Notes: generated from the letters alone by a model not told the origin. A stretch of DNA of 64,000 nt from Fistulifera solaris (GCA_030295235.1 AP026124.1:1612001-1676000); one strand, 5' to 3'. Positions 23,330 through 36,235 are shown, counted from the first letter of the stretch. A program made the numbers and translations.

Positions 23330-24628
23330 CTAGAACCACCCGTCAAACGAAAAGTCTTCACTTCTCTTTTTCCATTTGTATGAATTAAGTAGGCTGGGGA
23401 TGATGATAAAGGACAAACTCAATAACAGGTTAGATTCGTAGGGAAAGTCGAAAAACGTTTCGCCGTACTTGATTGCGTACGATGCGACAGCACATCCCGC
23501 AAACAGCTTGAATAGAAAATTGTAGTCGTCATCTTTCTCCAGAACTTGGCCAAGATCTTCAAAACCGACCAATGATTGATTTTCAAGAAACTCTTCATTC
23601 TTTGACATTTCACACTTCTTTGTGTAGGTCACAAAGGTCGTCAGCAACGGCACGTCTGTAGTATATCCATTCGAAACAGCGATGCGGAAAGCCGCATAGG
23701 CAGCTGTTGTGTTGCCCACACAGGTGAGAAGTGCTTGCAAAGGAACAAGAAATGGAATTTGGTTGTAAAACAGATGGTATGTGCAAGCCGTAATGCCTGA
23801 CGAATGCAACGGCAAGAGACCCCACGTAAGACCCTTCCATCGTGGATTCTTCACAATCGAACTCCATTTCCAACAAAATCCCATGGCCACGAGAAACTCA
23901 ACCAGTGACGAAATATGAATGATCCAGCAACCAATGGATAGAGCATTTTCTGGCTCCGACTTTAAGCCAAGTGTCGTTCCTATCGAAGTAGGAATGTCCA
24001 TGAACCCACCGAGGTAAGGAGTATGCACGGTAGCTCCAGCGCAAGCTGGCACCGCGGCTGTGATACTTGCGAGTGCCGTCAAAGCGACGACGAGCCATGT
24101 CATGGGCGCGTAGCTAGTGGCGGACTGTGGCGGCGGCAACCGTTGTTCTTTGGCCCGCAACGCCTGTCGAAAGGCGACGACCGTGACTAGATTGGTCATA
24201 GTCAGCAAGGATTCGGCTGACCCATGCAGCCAATCGGAATCGGCCAAAGAAACGCCGTACAAGACTTTTGCTGCAATCGCGGCAGGTATGGTGAGGAACA
24301 CAAAGAGTAGGCATGTCGCAAAGCCCACAGTCACACCTTTGGGTGTTTTCGTTCTCGGGGCGATCGATAAAGTAAATGAACGCCAGATAGGGAAAGAGCG
24401 ATGCGCCAAAAATGGTCCGGCGAGTGCTTCGGCTGTATCAGCGTCCATATTCGTTAGCGAGGCAGTCCATTGGCCAGCATCCGCCAGTTCCGGCAACGCA
24501 TGTTGTTGACTGTTGGCATGCAGCAACGCTCTGGAAAACGCGATAGGAGTGATAAAACACGTCGCCCTTTGAAAGCCAAAAAACAAAAGAAACAGAAAAC
24601 TAAAGTAGGCAATGCCTTTCGTGCTCAT
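23330..24628 (-). CDS. Plastid membrane protein with DUF3593 and DUF2499 (Ycf49-like) domains
   Basis: Bipartite leader (..ATC-FIT), LADSDWLHGSAESLLTMTNL, ENALSIGCWIIHISSLVE, W.GLTWGLLPLHSSGITACTYHLFYN. Confidence 0.8.
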   Translation of the reverse strand: MSTKGIAYFSFLFLLFFGFQRATCFITPIAFSRALLHANSQQHALPELADAGQWTASLTNMDADTAEALAGPFLAHRSFPIWRSFTLSIAPRTKTPKGVTVGFATCLLFVFLTIPAAIAAKVLYGVSLADSDWLHGSAESLLTMTNLVTVVAFRQALRAKEQRLPPPQSATSYAPMTWLVVALTALASITAAVPACAGATVHTPYLGGFMDIPTSIGTTLGLKSEPENALSIGCWIIHISSLVEFLVAMGFCWKWSSIVKNPRWKGLTWGLLPLHSSGITACTYHLFYNQIPFLVPLQALLTCVGNTTAAYAAFRIAVSNGYTTDVPLLTTFVTYTKKCEMSKNEEFLENQSLVGFEDLGQVLEKDDDYNFLFKLFAGCAVASYAIKYGETFFDFPYESNLLLSLSFIIIPSLLNSYKWKKRSEDFSFDGWF

Positions 24629-25055
24629 GGTAGTCCTTGTCGTTTATCAACAATATAATAAAGGAGAAATAATATATTTCGTCGATCGCAACAAGAAACG
24701 CCAACGCAGGCCAAAAAATTGCAACATGGTCGGCTCATGACTCGACTCTTTTCCAGTCGTATGAAAAGGGAACCTCCATTGGCCGTTGGCGGACGAATGC
24801 GGTGTACCAGTACCGGTGTGCCATGGTATGTCGTAACCATACTAGGGTACAACGTACAAGTACATGGTACAGTACCAGGTATGAGAACAGAAAGAATGAA
24901 AAAAAAAACTGCAGCCGTGACGCCGTTCAGGGTCAAGTCCGTAAACGAATGAAAATATATAATACATAGTCCTTCCATTGCCGCCATTGCAACTGCAACC
25001 AGGCAACACTCTCGAGTGCGGGATCTGTATCCAGAGTGGCGTAACAACGTAAAAA

Positions 25056-25883
25056 ATGAGATTTCGTGCGTTACTTGTCCCCCTTTTGTTCGGACAAGTG
25101 TCGTCGGCGTTTATTCTGCGACAGAAACAAACCAGCTACCCATCCTCATTGCACGTAAAAGACTTGGAAAGAGATATTGAAGAAAGAAGCCGAAGGAATG
25201 CGAAAGGAGGAGCAGGAGAGGTAGCCGCAGGTGCCGTCTTGGGGGGACTCATCGGAGGTCCTTTCGGTAGGTGTCTTCAATATTACGAATCGGGTCTCGA
25301 TCATGAAATGTTTCTCACGTCAGGATTTTGTTTCTCATCTTTCTATAAAGGAGCTTTATTTGGGGCGTCGATTGGATCTAATTTGGGGGCTAAAGGTGCA
25401 CTGGAAAGAGCCCGCAAAGAAGAAATGGAGCGACTGGGCGTAACCGAAGAGATGCTACAATCGGCGAGGGATGTCGGGGTGGCTTTGGAACGCAGCTTGG
25501 AGGGTCTGAAAGCAACGCGTGAAAGTCTGGAAACGCAGCAATCAAATGCAAGGAGGCTGGACGCCAAAATTGAGGAATTGTACGACAAAGCAAAGAGCGC
25601 GCTTTCCAGTGGCGACGAAGACGCTGCGAAACGATTCCTTTTGGAACGCACTTCTGTACAAGACAAATTGAAGCGTGTTCTGACGCAATGTGCCGAAGAG
25701 AAACGACGCTACGAGCAAATGGAAAGTAACGTATCGATACTAGAAGAGAAGGCAATGGAAGTGAATACTCTTTTGCAAAGAACCATTGGGGCAAAAGCAA
25801 TCGTTGATACGGGGAATCTGGGCCTTTCATTGTCGAAGGAAGATCCTCTTCTTCAAAAGTTTCGCGATCTAGGTCTTGATTAA
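25056..25883 (+). CDS. Plastid-targeted coiled-coil protein with glycine zipper; PspA/IM30-like helical region; in-frame intron about 25268-25350
   Basis: SSAF cleavage motif, GAVLGGLIGGPFG|ALFGASIG glycine zipper, AKSALSSGDEDAAKRFLLER, terminal DPLLQKFRDL. Confidence 0.6.
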   Translation: MRFRALLVPLLFGQVSSAFILRQKQTSYPSSLHVKDLERDIEERSRRNAKGGAGEVAAGAVLGGLIGGPFGRCLQYYESGLDHEMFLTSGFCFSSFYKGALFGASIGSNLGAKGALERARKEEMERLGVTEEMLQSARDVGVALERSLEGLKATRESLETQQSNARRLDAKIEELYDKAKSALSSGDEDAAKRFLLERTSVQDKLKRVLTQCAEEKRRYEQMESNVSILEEKAMEVNTLLQRTIGAKAIVDTGNLGLSLSKEDPLLQKFRDLGLD

Positions 25884-26250
25884 AGGCTTCGAAAACATGG
25901 CATTATTAGATAGCGTTCGAAGCTCCAGGAGGTCTCTTGACAAAGTCTGTAAACAAATAACGAGCATTGCTTTAGTGCAGCATCAGAGAATTGGGTCAGT
26001 AATTGAGTCATAAACCTATCTAGTGTATATTAAATCTCTTGCAACGGGCTACGAATAACTAATAATGCGATTTGCGTTGTCTTGGTAAAAGACGACTTTG
26101 GTTTCAGGGCTTTCAACTCAACCTGAACCATACTGTACACGCAGACATTGTTTTCGCCGCCGCGTCTATTTCTTACTCCATACCTGGTACTTATTTCACT
26201 TTCGAAGACAACACTTTTGTAACATTGCGGCCGAAAAGGCGAGTGCGTTT

Positions 26251-26951
26251 ATGGAAGAGAATTCAACCGAGATCACAATAAACATGGAGGACGAATCCGC
26301 AGCGCGTCAGAAACTCATGGCCGCAGATGAGGTTTATGTATACAAGATTCCTCCGATGAAAGGGGCCGGAGGCCACCGGTGGGTAGCTCATATCGTTGAT
26401 GGTTGCTAACGTCGCCGAACCTACTCACATTTTAGGTTACTTTCCATCGAAAGGGCTGACGACTGGGACCTGGCCAACCCATTGCAGACTTGTAATCTCG
26501 TTGTTGAAATGAGTGGCAACACTCTTTATTTGGAGTTTATGCACGAAGGGACGCTCTTTGCACAAAGTAAGATGGTGCTTGACAAGGAAAAACACCTCAG
26601 TATAAGTCATTTTATTCAAGACGTTGTTGACTCGTCCCGTTATTTTGCTATCAAAATACAGGGAGTAGGCGGAAAGGAAGCCACCATTGGCTTTGGCTTT
26701 CGCGATCGAGAAAAGGCCACAGACTTACGCGAGAGTCTACAATACTTTCAAAAATCGGTCAACCGGGAAAGCGAAGCTCAGACGATCCTGCCTCCTGTAA
26801 GCATTCCTGTGCTTGAGCAAGGAGAGAAAATTCACGTCAATTTACACGGGAAATCCACTATTTCGAAAACGAAAACGCAGCCAGAAAAAACTGGTAAGGT
26901 TTCGGTTCCCCTGCTTTTAAAGAAACCCCTCCACCAGCTGGTGATGAATAG
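26251..26951 (+). CDS. NECAP: NECAP (adaptin ear-binding coat-associated protein, PHear domain); intron 26379-26453
   Basis: EVYVYKIPP...GHR|ADDW, GTLFAQ, VVDSSRYFAIKI, IGFGFRDRE.A.DL, L..GEKIHVNL. Confidence 0.88.
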
Positions 26952-27018
26952 AAAATACTGCTGATGCTATTTAAAGTGCCATCTCATTCATTTACTATTC
27001 ATTGCACATTCCGATCCA

Positions 27019-28194
27019 TTACTTCCGTCGAAACAAAGTGCGTACCGGTCGCCATAGTCCCTTCTTTTCAGCAGTATCATTTCTCTCCATTACAGCTTTT
27101 CGGTACTGTTGCACTTGCTTGTAGTGCTCATCTCTCATCCTTGCAAGTTGCGTTTCAGTTTCCCGTTGCTGCTTCATCAACTGAAAGTTGTGCTGAATTC
27201 TTAGTTCAACGATGGTTCCTCTAAGCATCTCGATCTCCTCTTGAAGTCCAGCTTCAATGACTTTCGGAGCGTACTGCACTTTGTCTTCAAGAAGGCGGTT
27301 CCTCCCTTCAATAGCAGCAATTTCTTGTCGAAGCTTTTGAATCTTTTGTTGTGAATCGTCACGTTTCACAAGGAGCGTCGTATATTTGCCCTGTATGATC
27401 GATACCTTTTCCTCCGACGCTGCTAAAGAACGTTGAGCTCTCTCAATCGCCTCTTTGTCGACCCTCCTACTTTGCCGTATTTCTTCTAGCTTTACTATAA
27501 GTTCGTCACGTTCAGCGTAAACGTCACCAAGCTCGGCTAACAGCTCCTCCTCCTTTCGGCGTTGGTTATCAAGTATAGTCTTGTGCCGAAATAGTTCGTT
27601 CTTCCAATCTGCTTCCATCTTTCTCCTATCTTCAGCCATATTCGCGATTTTCTCCTCCATCTGGATGATTTTTATTTCGTAAGCTTTCAGATCTCCCTGG
27701 TAGGATACTTCACGTTTTGTGAGATCAGATATTTTCTTTGCCGATTTGCTCAGTGATGTTTCGTAATCAGACGTAAGTGTTTCCATCTGTTTTTCGTGTC
27801 GTTTCTTTTCGTTAGTCAGTGCAGACTCGGCATTTGCAAGCTTTTTCTGTGCAGATTCCAAGTCTCCCAAAGTCTTCGTTTGTCGTTCTTTCTCTTGAGC
27901 CATACGCTTTTCCCAGTGGGCTGACAATACTGTGGACTTTTTCTTCATTTTCTTCACCACGAGCTGAAGCACTTTGAGCTTAGATTTTGTCAATTTGAGC
28001 TCGTCCTCAGAATCCATTACAGCGTGGCTTTCATCTGAGTCCATTGTTTGTGTTGTCATTCCCATTGCAACCAATGAAGGCTCCAGTTTTCGATGTTTTG
28101 GTCCATTTTGCAACTGTGAACGACAGAACTGAAATGGCGTGGAGACAGAAGCGTTGACCAGAAGAACGGCGAGCTGCAATGGCGTTATTTTCAT
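27019..28194 (-). CDS. Long coiled-coil protein with signal/transit peptide, function unknown
   Basis: MKITPLQLAVLLVNASVSTPF leader, heptad-rich K/E/L/Q body, basic amphipathic C-terminus. Confidence 0.7.
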   Translation of the reverse strand: MKITPLQLAVLLVNASVSTPFQFCRSQLQNGPKHRKLEPSLVAMGMTTQTMDSDESHAVMDSEDELKLTKSKLKVLQLVVKKMKKKSTVLSAHWEKRMAQEKERQTKTLGDLESAQKKLANAESALTNEKKRHEKQMETLTSDYETSLSKSAKKISDLTKREVSYQGDLKAYEIKIIQMEEKIANMAEDRRKMEADWKNELFRHKTILDNQRRKEEELLAELGDVYAERDELIVKLEEIRQSRRVDKEAIERAQRSLAASEEKVSIIQGKYTTLLVKRDDSQQKIQKLRQEIAAIEGRNRLLEDKVQYAPKVIEAGLQEEIEMLRGTIVELRIQHNFQLMKQQRETETQLARMRDEHYKQVQQYRKAVMERNDTAEKKGLWRPVRTLFRRK

Positions 28195-28684
28195 AGCGAC
28201 TATATGATTGATACCTGAAGCTGACGAGGAGTGTTTGTACCTTCGCAAATAATCTCAATGATGCAATGATGTTTTTTGCCGATGGCATTAATAATGATGG
28301 CTTGATGGCTTGATGTAAAGCGTAAAGAGTAAAGAGTGTCGTTGATGATGTGGGCCGGTCGCAGGCCAGGCTACCTTTCCCTTTGGCATGGCAAAGTGGT
28401 GAGCCTTTTAGAGCAATAGAATGGTGAGGTCGTCAAATGCAAAACTTGTGTGCACTTGCACTTAAGGCAATTCTTGCCTTTACTAGTAAAGAAACTAGAT
28501 AAAGGTAGCACAAAGCTTAAGGGTCAAATTGATGCAATAAATTATGATATCTGGTAACCAAGGCTGCAAGGACAGACCTTCATCAAAAGCAAACACGAAC
28601 GTAGATAGCGCTCCTAGCAAACAGCCCGATTTCATACTGGTCTTACTGTTTGTACCTGCATTCTATTGTAAAATGCAAAAACAT

Positions 28685-29307
28685 TTACCCCTTTCTTGTC
28701 GAATTACTTCTTGTTCCCCTTCTTGCCCTTCTTTTCGACGTCACATTACTTTTGACAACGGCTTCCTTCTCCGCCATGGCCTCAGCGCGTTCCTTTTCTT
28801 CTTTTTGCTGTTCAAGTTTTAGCCTCTCAATGCGAGCGATCCGATCGGGCAATTTTGGCAGTTGTTCGGCTAACTTCATCATCAACTCTTTCTTTCTATA
28901 ATTCGAAACATCCACTAAAACACGCCCTGGATTGTCCCACTGACACGTAATGTCACGACTATATCCTTTGTATGGTTGTAAAACATGTCGAATATGTAGA
29001 CTTTGGAGAGCCTGAGACAAATCCATCACTGACGGATTCTCCACCGCTTGTTCCGTGCCGATCCGCCGTCCTTGCTTAATTGTTTTTGTCGAATCTAAGT
29101 AAGATGGATATATCACTTGGAACCCAGTGGTATCCATGGTGAATGTTTCTTGAAGAGGCCAAAAGATCCTGTACGAGCGATCGGGAGCGGGAGGAAGTTG
29201 GACCATCTCGTCCTCGGGTATTTGCAGGGCATCCATCGGGTTTATAGGCACAGCGGGGGCTTTAGGGCCTATTTGCTTGATGCGCACGCCTCCTTTCTTT
29301 TCCCCAT
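28685..29307 (-). CDS. SRP19: Signal recognition particle 19 kDa protein
   Basis: VIYPSYLDSTKTIKQGRRI...AV.NP...K.YSRD...PGRVLV...KKELM. Probable start MGKKKGG at 29307, restored by one A in an A-run. Confidence 0.88.
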
Positions 29308-29399
29308 TCTTGATTGTTGATTATCAAATAAAAACAGAGCTTTAATGATCAAATTTCCTCATGTGACGTTCAATAAAATTCGGAGTAACAAAACACAAA

Positions 29400-29426
29400 A
29401 CGGAGTACCGGGTACCGGTACTCCGT
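29400..29426. repeat. Perfect 12-bp-stem hairpin upstream of SRP19
   Basis: ACGGAGTACCGG-GTA-CCGGTACTCCGT. Confidence 0.8.
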
Positions 29427-30256
29427 AAAATCAGGTTAGTCCATTCCAATCTAAGGAAATTAGGATTAAATATTTTAGTGTTTGTGTTAATTTGGGAACA
29501 TCTATGCTTTGTACACAAAGATAACTAATACCTGTAAGGTCACTAGTGCGACTTGAAGAAGTTTAATTGTATTATTACTTACAGTAGTACCAGGGAAGGA
29601 CGTTAATATTCAAAATTCTGCCTCCCAGTACAAGAGTCTACGTAGTTTCCACGACGGGGCAGGATTTTAACTTTTAACGCCGTTCCCAGTACTTGTCCTT
29701 ACTCGCACGTACAAACAGGTCTTTTGCCTTTTGTTCTTTTCGTTTCTTTCCTCTGAGTAGCTAGAGTAGCTAGGTCCTTTGTTTCAAACTTCAAAATACA
29801 TAGTATGATGTAGAGTGCAGTATGGTGACAGTAGCGCGTTACTCCTGACTCCTGTCTCCGTGCCAGTGCCAGACCCGTTTTCCTTTTTCTTTATTCCTCT
29901 CTCCTCTCTCCCGCCCTCGTCCTGCTGTTAGGTTATCCATTCTCCGTTCTCCGCACGGAGCGCATCTCTGCTTGGTACGTTTCTCTACGGGGGCCTACGT
30001 GCAAGTACACAATATTTCCCGCATCTCGTGTGCCGCGCCAGCGCAACGACCGTCGACCGTACACCGCTCACTCACACACAAAAAAAAATCATCTGTGCGA
30101 AGGTCGACGATGACTACCGGTAGTCTCATTTCACTTCTCTCCGAGCGACTTCATACCCTTCTGCCAGAATCTAAAAGCCATCTCGTTGCACAAAACGTCT
30201 CAAAATCAAAGAGAGGTCCAGCGCATATTTTTGTACTCTGTAATAATATTTGAAAA

Positions 30257-32040
30257 ATGGATCCACCGCACGTCGCCGATGACGTGAACAAGCCGACGCA
30301 AGGTGTTACCCCGGAAGTTCCTGTAATGAGGTAAGGCAGAGTCTTCGCCGGATCAAGCGTGATCTCGTACTTGGATGATCACCTTCTATGCCGTTCGTAG
30401 CATTTATTTGATGCAACAGCATGTTCGATCCGAATCCCTTGCGGAAGCGAGTTGCCGCTTGCCGGCCGCCCGCAAGCATGGTCGCGTTGTTGCGTTGCTT
30501 GCTCTAAAGCGGACTGTAAATTATTGTTCCTGAGAGTTCTTCCAGACATCGAACATGTACTGATGACTGGAATGGCAAGTTGCAGTTCTGGGCCCCTTTG
30601 CCCTGGTTTCATATGATTGTTAGAGTACCTTGCTACTTTTGGGATCCGAACGTAATTTGAATTTCTATATGTCCTGTTTGACACTTGGTACTGTTTCTGT
30701 TCGATCTTATGACTTCCTGATTCCTGACGACTGACGACTCTTCTCTCTTTCGCGAACCCAAACTTGCCACAAAATTATTTTCAGATCGATGCCTGTATTG
30801 ACGAGTCGTCGTCTACCAAAGATCCAAAGAGGGCAAGATTATTTTCTTGGTAGTGCAAAACAACCTTTTTCTGCTTCTCTCCCTCCTTTGAAACAAAGCT
30901 TTGGAGCCGCCGCAAGCTGTAGACTGCCTCATTCTCCTGGCCGCCACTCTAATGATGACAAGTTTGGTTTAAAGCATGAGTGGGACGACGTGTCTACCGA
31001 GAGTTTGTGGGAGGTCAAGGGCGAGGATCTTGAGATGGTTCCATGGGGATTTCCTCTCGAAAGGACTCATCGTGAAATCAGAATGGATGTTGGTGAAGTG
31101 GCAAGTCGCATTTCAGAGCGTCTTCGTCTGATGTCAGTGGAAGCAAATTACTGCTCTAAGCAAGCCAAAGCAAAATGCAAAACGACCGATGCTGTTTCCT
31201 TTCGCATCCGTCTTTTCGCAGGGGGGAGAAGATGGACAACCGGTTGTAGTGGAGCTTCAAAGGAGAAGCGGATCGGCGTACACTTTCATGCGAACTTGCC
31301 GCGCAGTTCTCGATGCCGCGGAGGGCAAAGATTCCAACGAAAAGTTTTCAAGTCCATCTAATGGCTTACCACCGGCACTTAAACTTCCCGTGAGTTCGAT
31401 GAGTTGTCTGTCCCATGTGGCAACTGCTAATGTTGGACTAGAATCAGATGCAAAAGAGGCGTTACGAGGCGCGCTTAATTTGTTCAGATCGGACCAGCGC
31501 GACACAAGTCTTCTTGGGCTTGAGAATTTATGTTGTCTATCCGACCTAGTAAAAACGTCTGCTGATGTAGCGACGTTTGCTTGCAAATCGCTTATAGCCC
31601 CCGGTGACGTCCGAGAAGAGCTTCGCGTTTTAATCGAGCATGATGTCTTCTCCGCGGAAGAAAACGATTCAGAAGGTTTATTGAAGTTCCGAGAGCATCA
31701 ACGCTTTCTCTGTTTACGAGTCTTCGCAAATGCAATTTCCGTGTGCCTCAAGGATGGTTCATTGAACAACCTTGTTTCCGACTCCTGGTTTGCTGAAATC
31801 TTTGTTCCTTTGTTGCTTGACGAACTGAACAGAGCCGAGTCCGGACTCCACAACGCTTTTCAAGCTGCCACTTGTTTGCACGGTCTTTTGTCTTCCTCGC
31901 CCACTACTTTTCACCAACTACTTGTTGATAATGGGGCCAATACAGCTTTGGAAAAGGCCTTTAAAATTGGGCAGTCACGTCACGGACTACTTGCGCGCGA
32001 AACTCGGCGCTGTTTGGACGTTTTGGACGCAAGCTCTTAA
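30257..32040 (+). CDS. Uncharacterised protein with a KA1-like alpha/beta segment and ARM-like helical C-terminus; intron 30331-30784; frameshift at G-run near 31221
   Basis: FPLERTH...VASRISE.LR..SVEA.Y..AKAKC...FRIRLF...VVELQRRSG..F...CRAVLDAAEG. GT-AG splice sites keep the frame. Confidence 0.6.
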
Positions 32041-32159
32041 ACGACTCGGGTAACCGTCGTATGTCTTCAATATATTATATAGAACTGCGTTATTTAGTTA
32101 TGTAAATGATTGTACGAAGAACGAAGAACTCTATTCTGGGCGGCATTGTCGGCCGTGGA

Positions 32160-33089
32160 TCATGCGTAGGAACAATCAAAACCTATCCGTTCCCCTAGCT
32201 GGTTCTGCTCAAAGCTTTCTGAAAGGCCTTTTACTGCAGATCGAGAAATTGGAGGTTCCCCCGTTCCAGTCCAACACAGCAATTGACTACGTTCAAACTC
32301 GCTGAGAAACGAGTCAAATATCCGGGGTGAAAGACAAAGCACGCGAGCATTCAATGCTAAAACGATACCTGGAAAAGAAAAGGACCAAGGGCCATTGTTC
32401 AGATGAGAAAGCCCATCATATCAGGCGACCCACGGGTACGTACCGAATTTATCATTCAAGTGAAATTGGCGGATAAGAGAGGTCACTTTTTCGCAATCCT
32501 CTTTTGTATATCCCACTTTCGATTGGTAATCAACCTTGAATCCTAATGAAAGGGCAAAAGCGAACGGTGATACATTTTCTAGACTCTCGACACGTCTTCG
32601 AAACGATATGCAAGCCTCAATGAAAGGAGTGGCTTCTACACAACTCAAAGAGTCGCGGCAGCCTGGCCCGGGAAAGATGTCAGCATTAAGGAAGATGGTG
32701 GTATGTAGGCTTGCTTCGCTCTCTTGCTGAAAGTTCTTGATCTGATCTAGCAGGCAACTGAGTGTGGCTGGAACAACTTGTAACTCCTTCATGTCGAGTT
32801 TGATGTGCATGAAAGGCGGTCGGAGAGCGAGGCTCAGAAAGGAGTGAAGCGAAAACTGACTAGTGCGATTTGGAGGGTGCGCCATTATAGGAACGCCATC
32901 CGACGAAATATCGCTTATTGAAAGCGCTTGGCTTTCTTCAAATTGTTTTGTGCTGTCGTCAAACGAGGATCCTAGTAAAATATCCGCCTCAATCGCATTG
33001 ACACTCTCTTCGCTTAAGGCATTTTCCAAGCATTGTCGAGAGTTGGTCGCATGAGCCCATTTCAGTGAACTTGGGCAAGGCAGATTCAT
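32160..33089 (-). CDS. FAM151/menorin-like (DUF2181) PLC-like phosphodiesterase-fold protein; one intron about 32369-32441
   Basis: WAHATNS, AIEADILLG, PIMAHPP, HIKLDMKE, FLNADIFPGPG, LSLG, LLCWTG. Confidence 0.8.
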
Positions 33090-33294
33090 GTTCTTTTGCG
33101 GTTGATAAGATAATAGTCAGTTAGAATTGCTAGCAGAAAAATTAGGAGGGCGTCTATATTGAAGTGTTTTACATGCCGCGATTGCAATGAGGTTGGATGT
33201 CGATGAACAAGTTGGTTCAGCTTCAATGAAGGGAAAGGAAAGGAAGGTCGTCATGCACGAGTTTTTTTGCATGTTGCCAATAAATTCAAGCACG

Positions 33295-34117
33295 TTAGGG
33301 ATTGGGCTCAATATCGTCTAGGATTATTTGCTCTTCATCCCCATCCTCGGTTATAACCCGCTGTAATGGGTTCTCGTCGAGCCATTGCTTGTAGCTCTCC
33401 GTTCGTTGGACTGTGATAACTATTCTAGCTCGTCTTAGCTCTCGTCCGCCTGTTGATCGCCCCATCCCGTGTAAGGACGCAACAGAGTGAGAGTCTCCGG
33501 GCTGAACTGATGAGATTCCTCCTTCGTGTGATAAAATTGGCTGGAGCGGTGGGGTCCCGGGAGTTGTCTTTTTACGCTTTGGCTCTACTGTCACGTAAGA
33601 GGTTTGGACTCTAAAAGGTTATCAAAGTACGTGAGCTAGGAGCGAACGAGGAGTCGAATTCGAGCAACACATCAACTTACCTCACTATTTTAGCAAGTCT
33701 CGAACGCTCCAAGAGGTGGGCCGCGTCTACTGCAGAAACGATCGCTCCCTCCAAAGCTGATAGGTCGCACATTTCATCCGACACCAAGAATTTACGAGCC
33801 AAATTGAAGAAAGCAGTAGGACCTTTCGAGGCCGAAACAGCAATAACCTGTCGTGGTTCTAAGGGAACCTCTTGAGTAGATGGTGATGTGCTCACTGTCG
33901 GAGCTGTAACAAGCTTCGCATCAATATCGCTCTTTCCGCCTTTAACATCGCTTGCCTTTGTTGGGGTTGTTAAATTGGCCGAACTGGCAGTATTTTTGAT
34001 GTTGTCCGATTTTTCCTTTATTTGCTGAAGGTTCCGTGATTCCGTCGCTACTTGTGGCGACGGATTCCGTAGATCAGTATTCTTCGTTGATGCAGTTCCG
34101 ACTCTTTTTGTTGACAT
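33295..34117 (-). CDS. Alba-domain nucleic-acid-binding protein with disordered N-terminus; intron 33611-33680
   Basis: IAVSASKGPTAFFNLARKFL...DLSALEGAIVSAVDAAHLL...IVRVQTSYV...ARIVITV. Confidence 0.75.
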
Positions 34118-34990
34118 GCTATGCTGAGAATTGTTACGTTGCAGCAACTACTATTTTACTTCGATCGGGCACAGAACTTTAGCGGCTGAGCACAACTTCG
34201 AAAGGCATTGACGCTACAATCTGCAGTTTACTGCGAAACCTTATTATCTCCTTGTAATCTACTCTTAGTTACCCTTTCGATTGAAAACGGCACAAATAAT
34301 GCTCCTTGTCGCGCAAAGGCTGGCAATGGCGACTTGGCAGAAAAAAGAAAAACTTCAAAAGAAGTGAATTTTGCCATCGGAAATATCGGATATCCTTCAA
34401 GATCCCGTGCAAAGTGTTGACGTCAAATTCTCGCACAAAGATCGGACTGCAACTTCTCGATGAAGGGATTGAAATCTGTCTCGTGACTGAAAGACTCGAA
34501 ACCCGGAGGTAATTCTTCTACACTTCAGTGCACTGCTAGTTTATCTTGTCGTTTTTTACAACCACTAAGATCTCGGTCGGACAGGGTTAGCTAGGGGGAG
34601 GGGAAGGAAATGGTAAAAATTTCCATCTAATAATATTATTCCAAACTGCACATGCCAAATTTTGTTCCAAGAACGATTAGTAGTACTTAGTACTTTCAAA
34701 TCAATACTCAATTTATTTGCTAAAGAAGCCAGTAGCGCAAGGAAGAAGATATAGGCTTTTGAGTACCGATGAAGTTTGTGACTTAAGGATGAAGTTCAGA
34801 ATTGGCTTTTTGCTTTTTGACAAGGCCAACAACCGGAGACCCTTGCTGGTGATGAGAAATGGAGACTTGGGGACATGGAAATTGAGACTGAGGATATCAC
34901 TTAATCACCGTCGTTCGCGTGCTGATTATGCCAATTGAATGAGTTTACACAGACAAAGAGAATTTAAATCCGAATCACTTCAATGATACA

Positions 34991-36235
34991 ATGGAAGAAT
35001 TAGCTTTCCTTGAGAATGCTTCGGCGTCTTTCGTTGATCTGGAGATGAGCGGACCTCCGGCAAATCCTCTTCCGTTTGGACGAGCCACAACAGGAAGAGC
35101 GGAACGCGTAGATGCCATGGTTTTAAATCCTGTAACAGGAGAGCACCTTGAAGTTTCGAATATTATTTACGAAAGGCATCCAGATCGACGTCCTCCAGAC
35201 CGAGCGTATTGGGTTGGTCGGAAACTGAAGAAATGCATCTTTGGCGTCGTCAAAGAGTGCACTTTACTACGTTTTCGCAACGACGCTCTCGTTCCGTGGG
35301 AAGTCACGTCTGGTAAAGCGGCTGTTAAAATAATGTCTTGGCAAAAGATACGAGAACTGCAACACATTGAAGATCCAATTAAAGAAGTTTCGGCTATGCA
35401 GTATATTAGTGAAGGAGGTCAACACCCGCATGTTATGGGTGTTTTGGATGTACTCAAAGACGAGGAGTATCTGTTATTATTTATGCCATTCTGTTCATCA
35501 GGCGATCTATTTGGTTTTGTTCAGCAAGCAGGTCGTTTTCCTGAGCCAATGGCTAGATACTGGTTTATGCAAATACTTGCGGTGCGTGAACGGGTTATAA
35601 TTTTCGATTTTTCGTCACTTTTTCTTACCACTAGCGCCGTCGCTTACATAAACTATTTGTCATGATCAACAGGGCCTCACACATTTACAGAAAAAGGGTG
35701 TTTGTCATCGTGACATGTCTCTAGAAAATATTTTGGTTGATGAATACAGAACAGCTGTCGTTATCGATCTTGGAATGTGTTTAAGAGTGCCTTATGATGA
35801 CGGCGAAACTGGGGGTGTTGCAGACGTTACAGCAGGGACTCTTCGTCGTCTAATCAATCCTCTGATACCATGCGGCAAACCGAACTACATATCACCGGAA
35901 GTTTTGAAGAGCGAGGTACCCTTCGATGGATTTGCAATAGATTTGTGGGCAACGGCTGTGATGTTATTTATAATGCTGGTAGGCCTTCCACCATGGGAAT
36001 TTGCACGCGAGGAAGATCCCCGTTTTCGAATGGTGGCAAGGGGTGGACTGGAACGCATGCTTCGCTCTTGGAATCGTGAAATTAGTCCATTGGCGGCTGA
36101 TTTACTTCAAAAATGCTGCGGGAAGACCCTAGGCAGCGGTTATCATTAGAAGAGGTAAAAGTACACCCGTGGGTTCTTTACGAGGGAGGCGGTACAGTTC
36201 CGCAAGCTCCTGGTCATGAAGAATGGCGTGGATAG
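34991..36235 (+). CDS. Ser/Thr protein kinase (CAMK-like), copy 1; intron 35582-35672; frameshift near 36110
   Basis: AAVKI, E..AMQ, GDLF, CHRDMSLEN, IDLGMC, CGKPNYISPE, DLWA, HPW. Confidence 0.9.
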
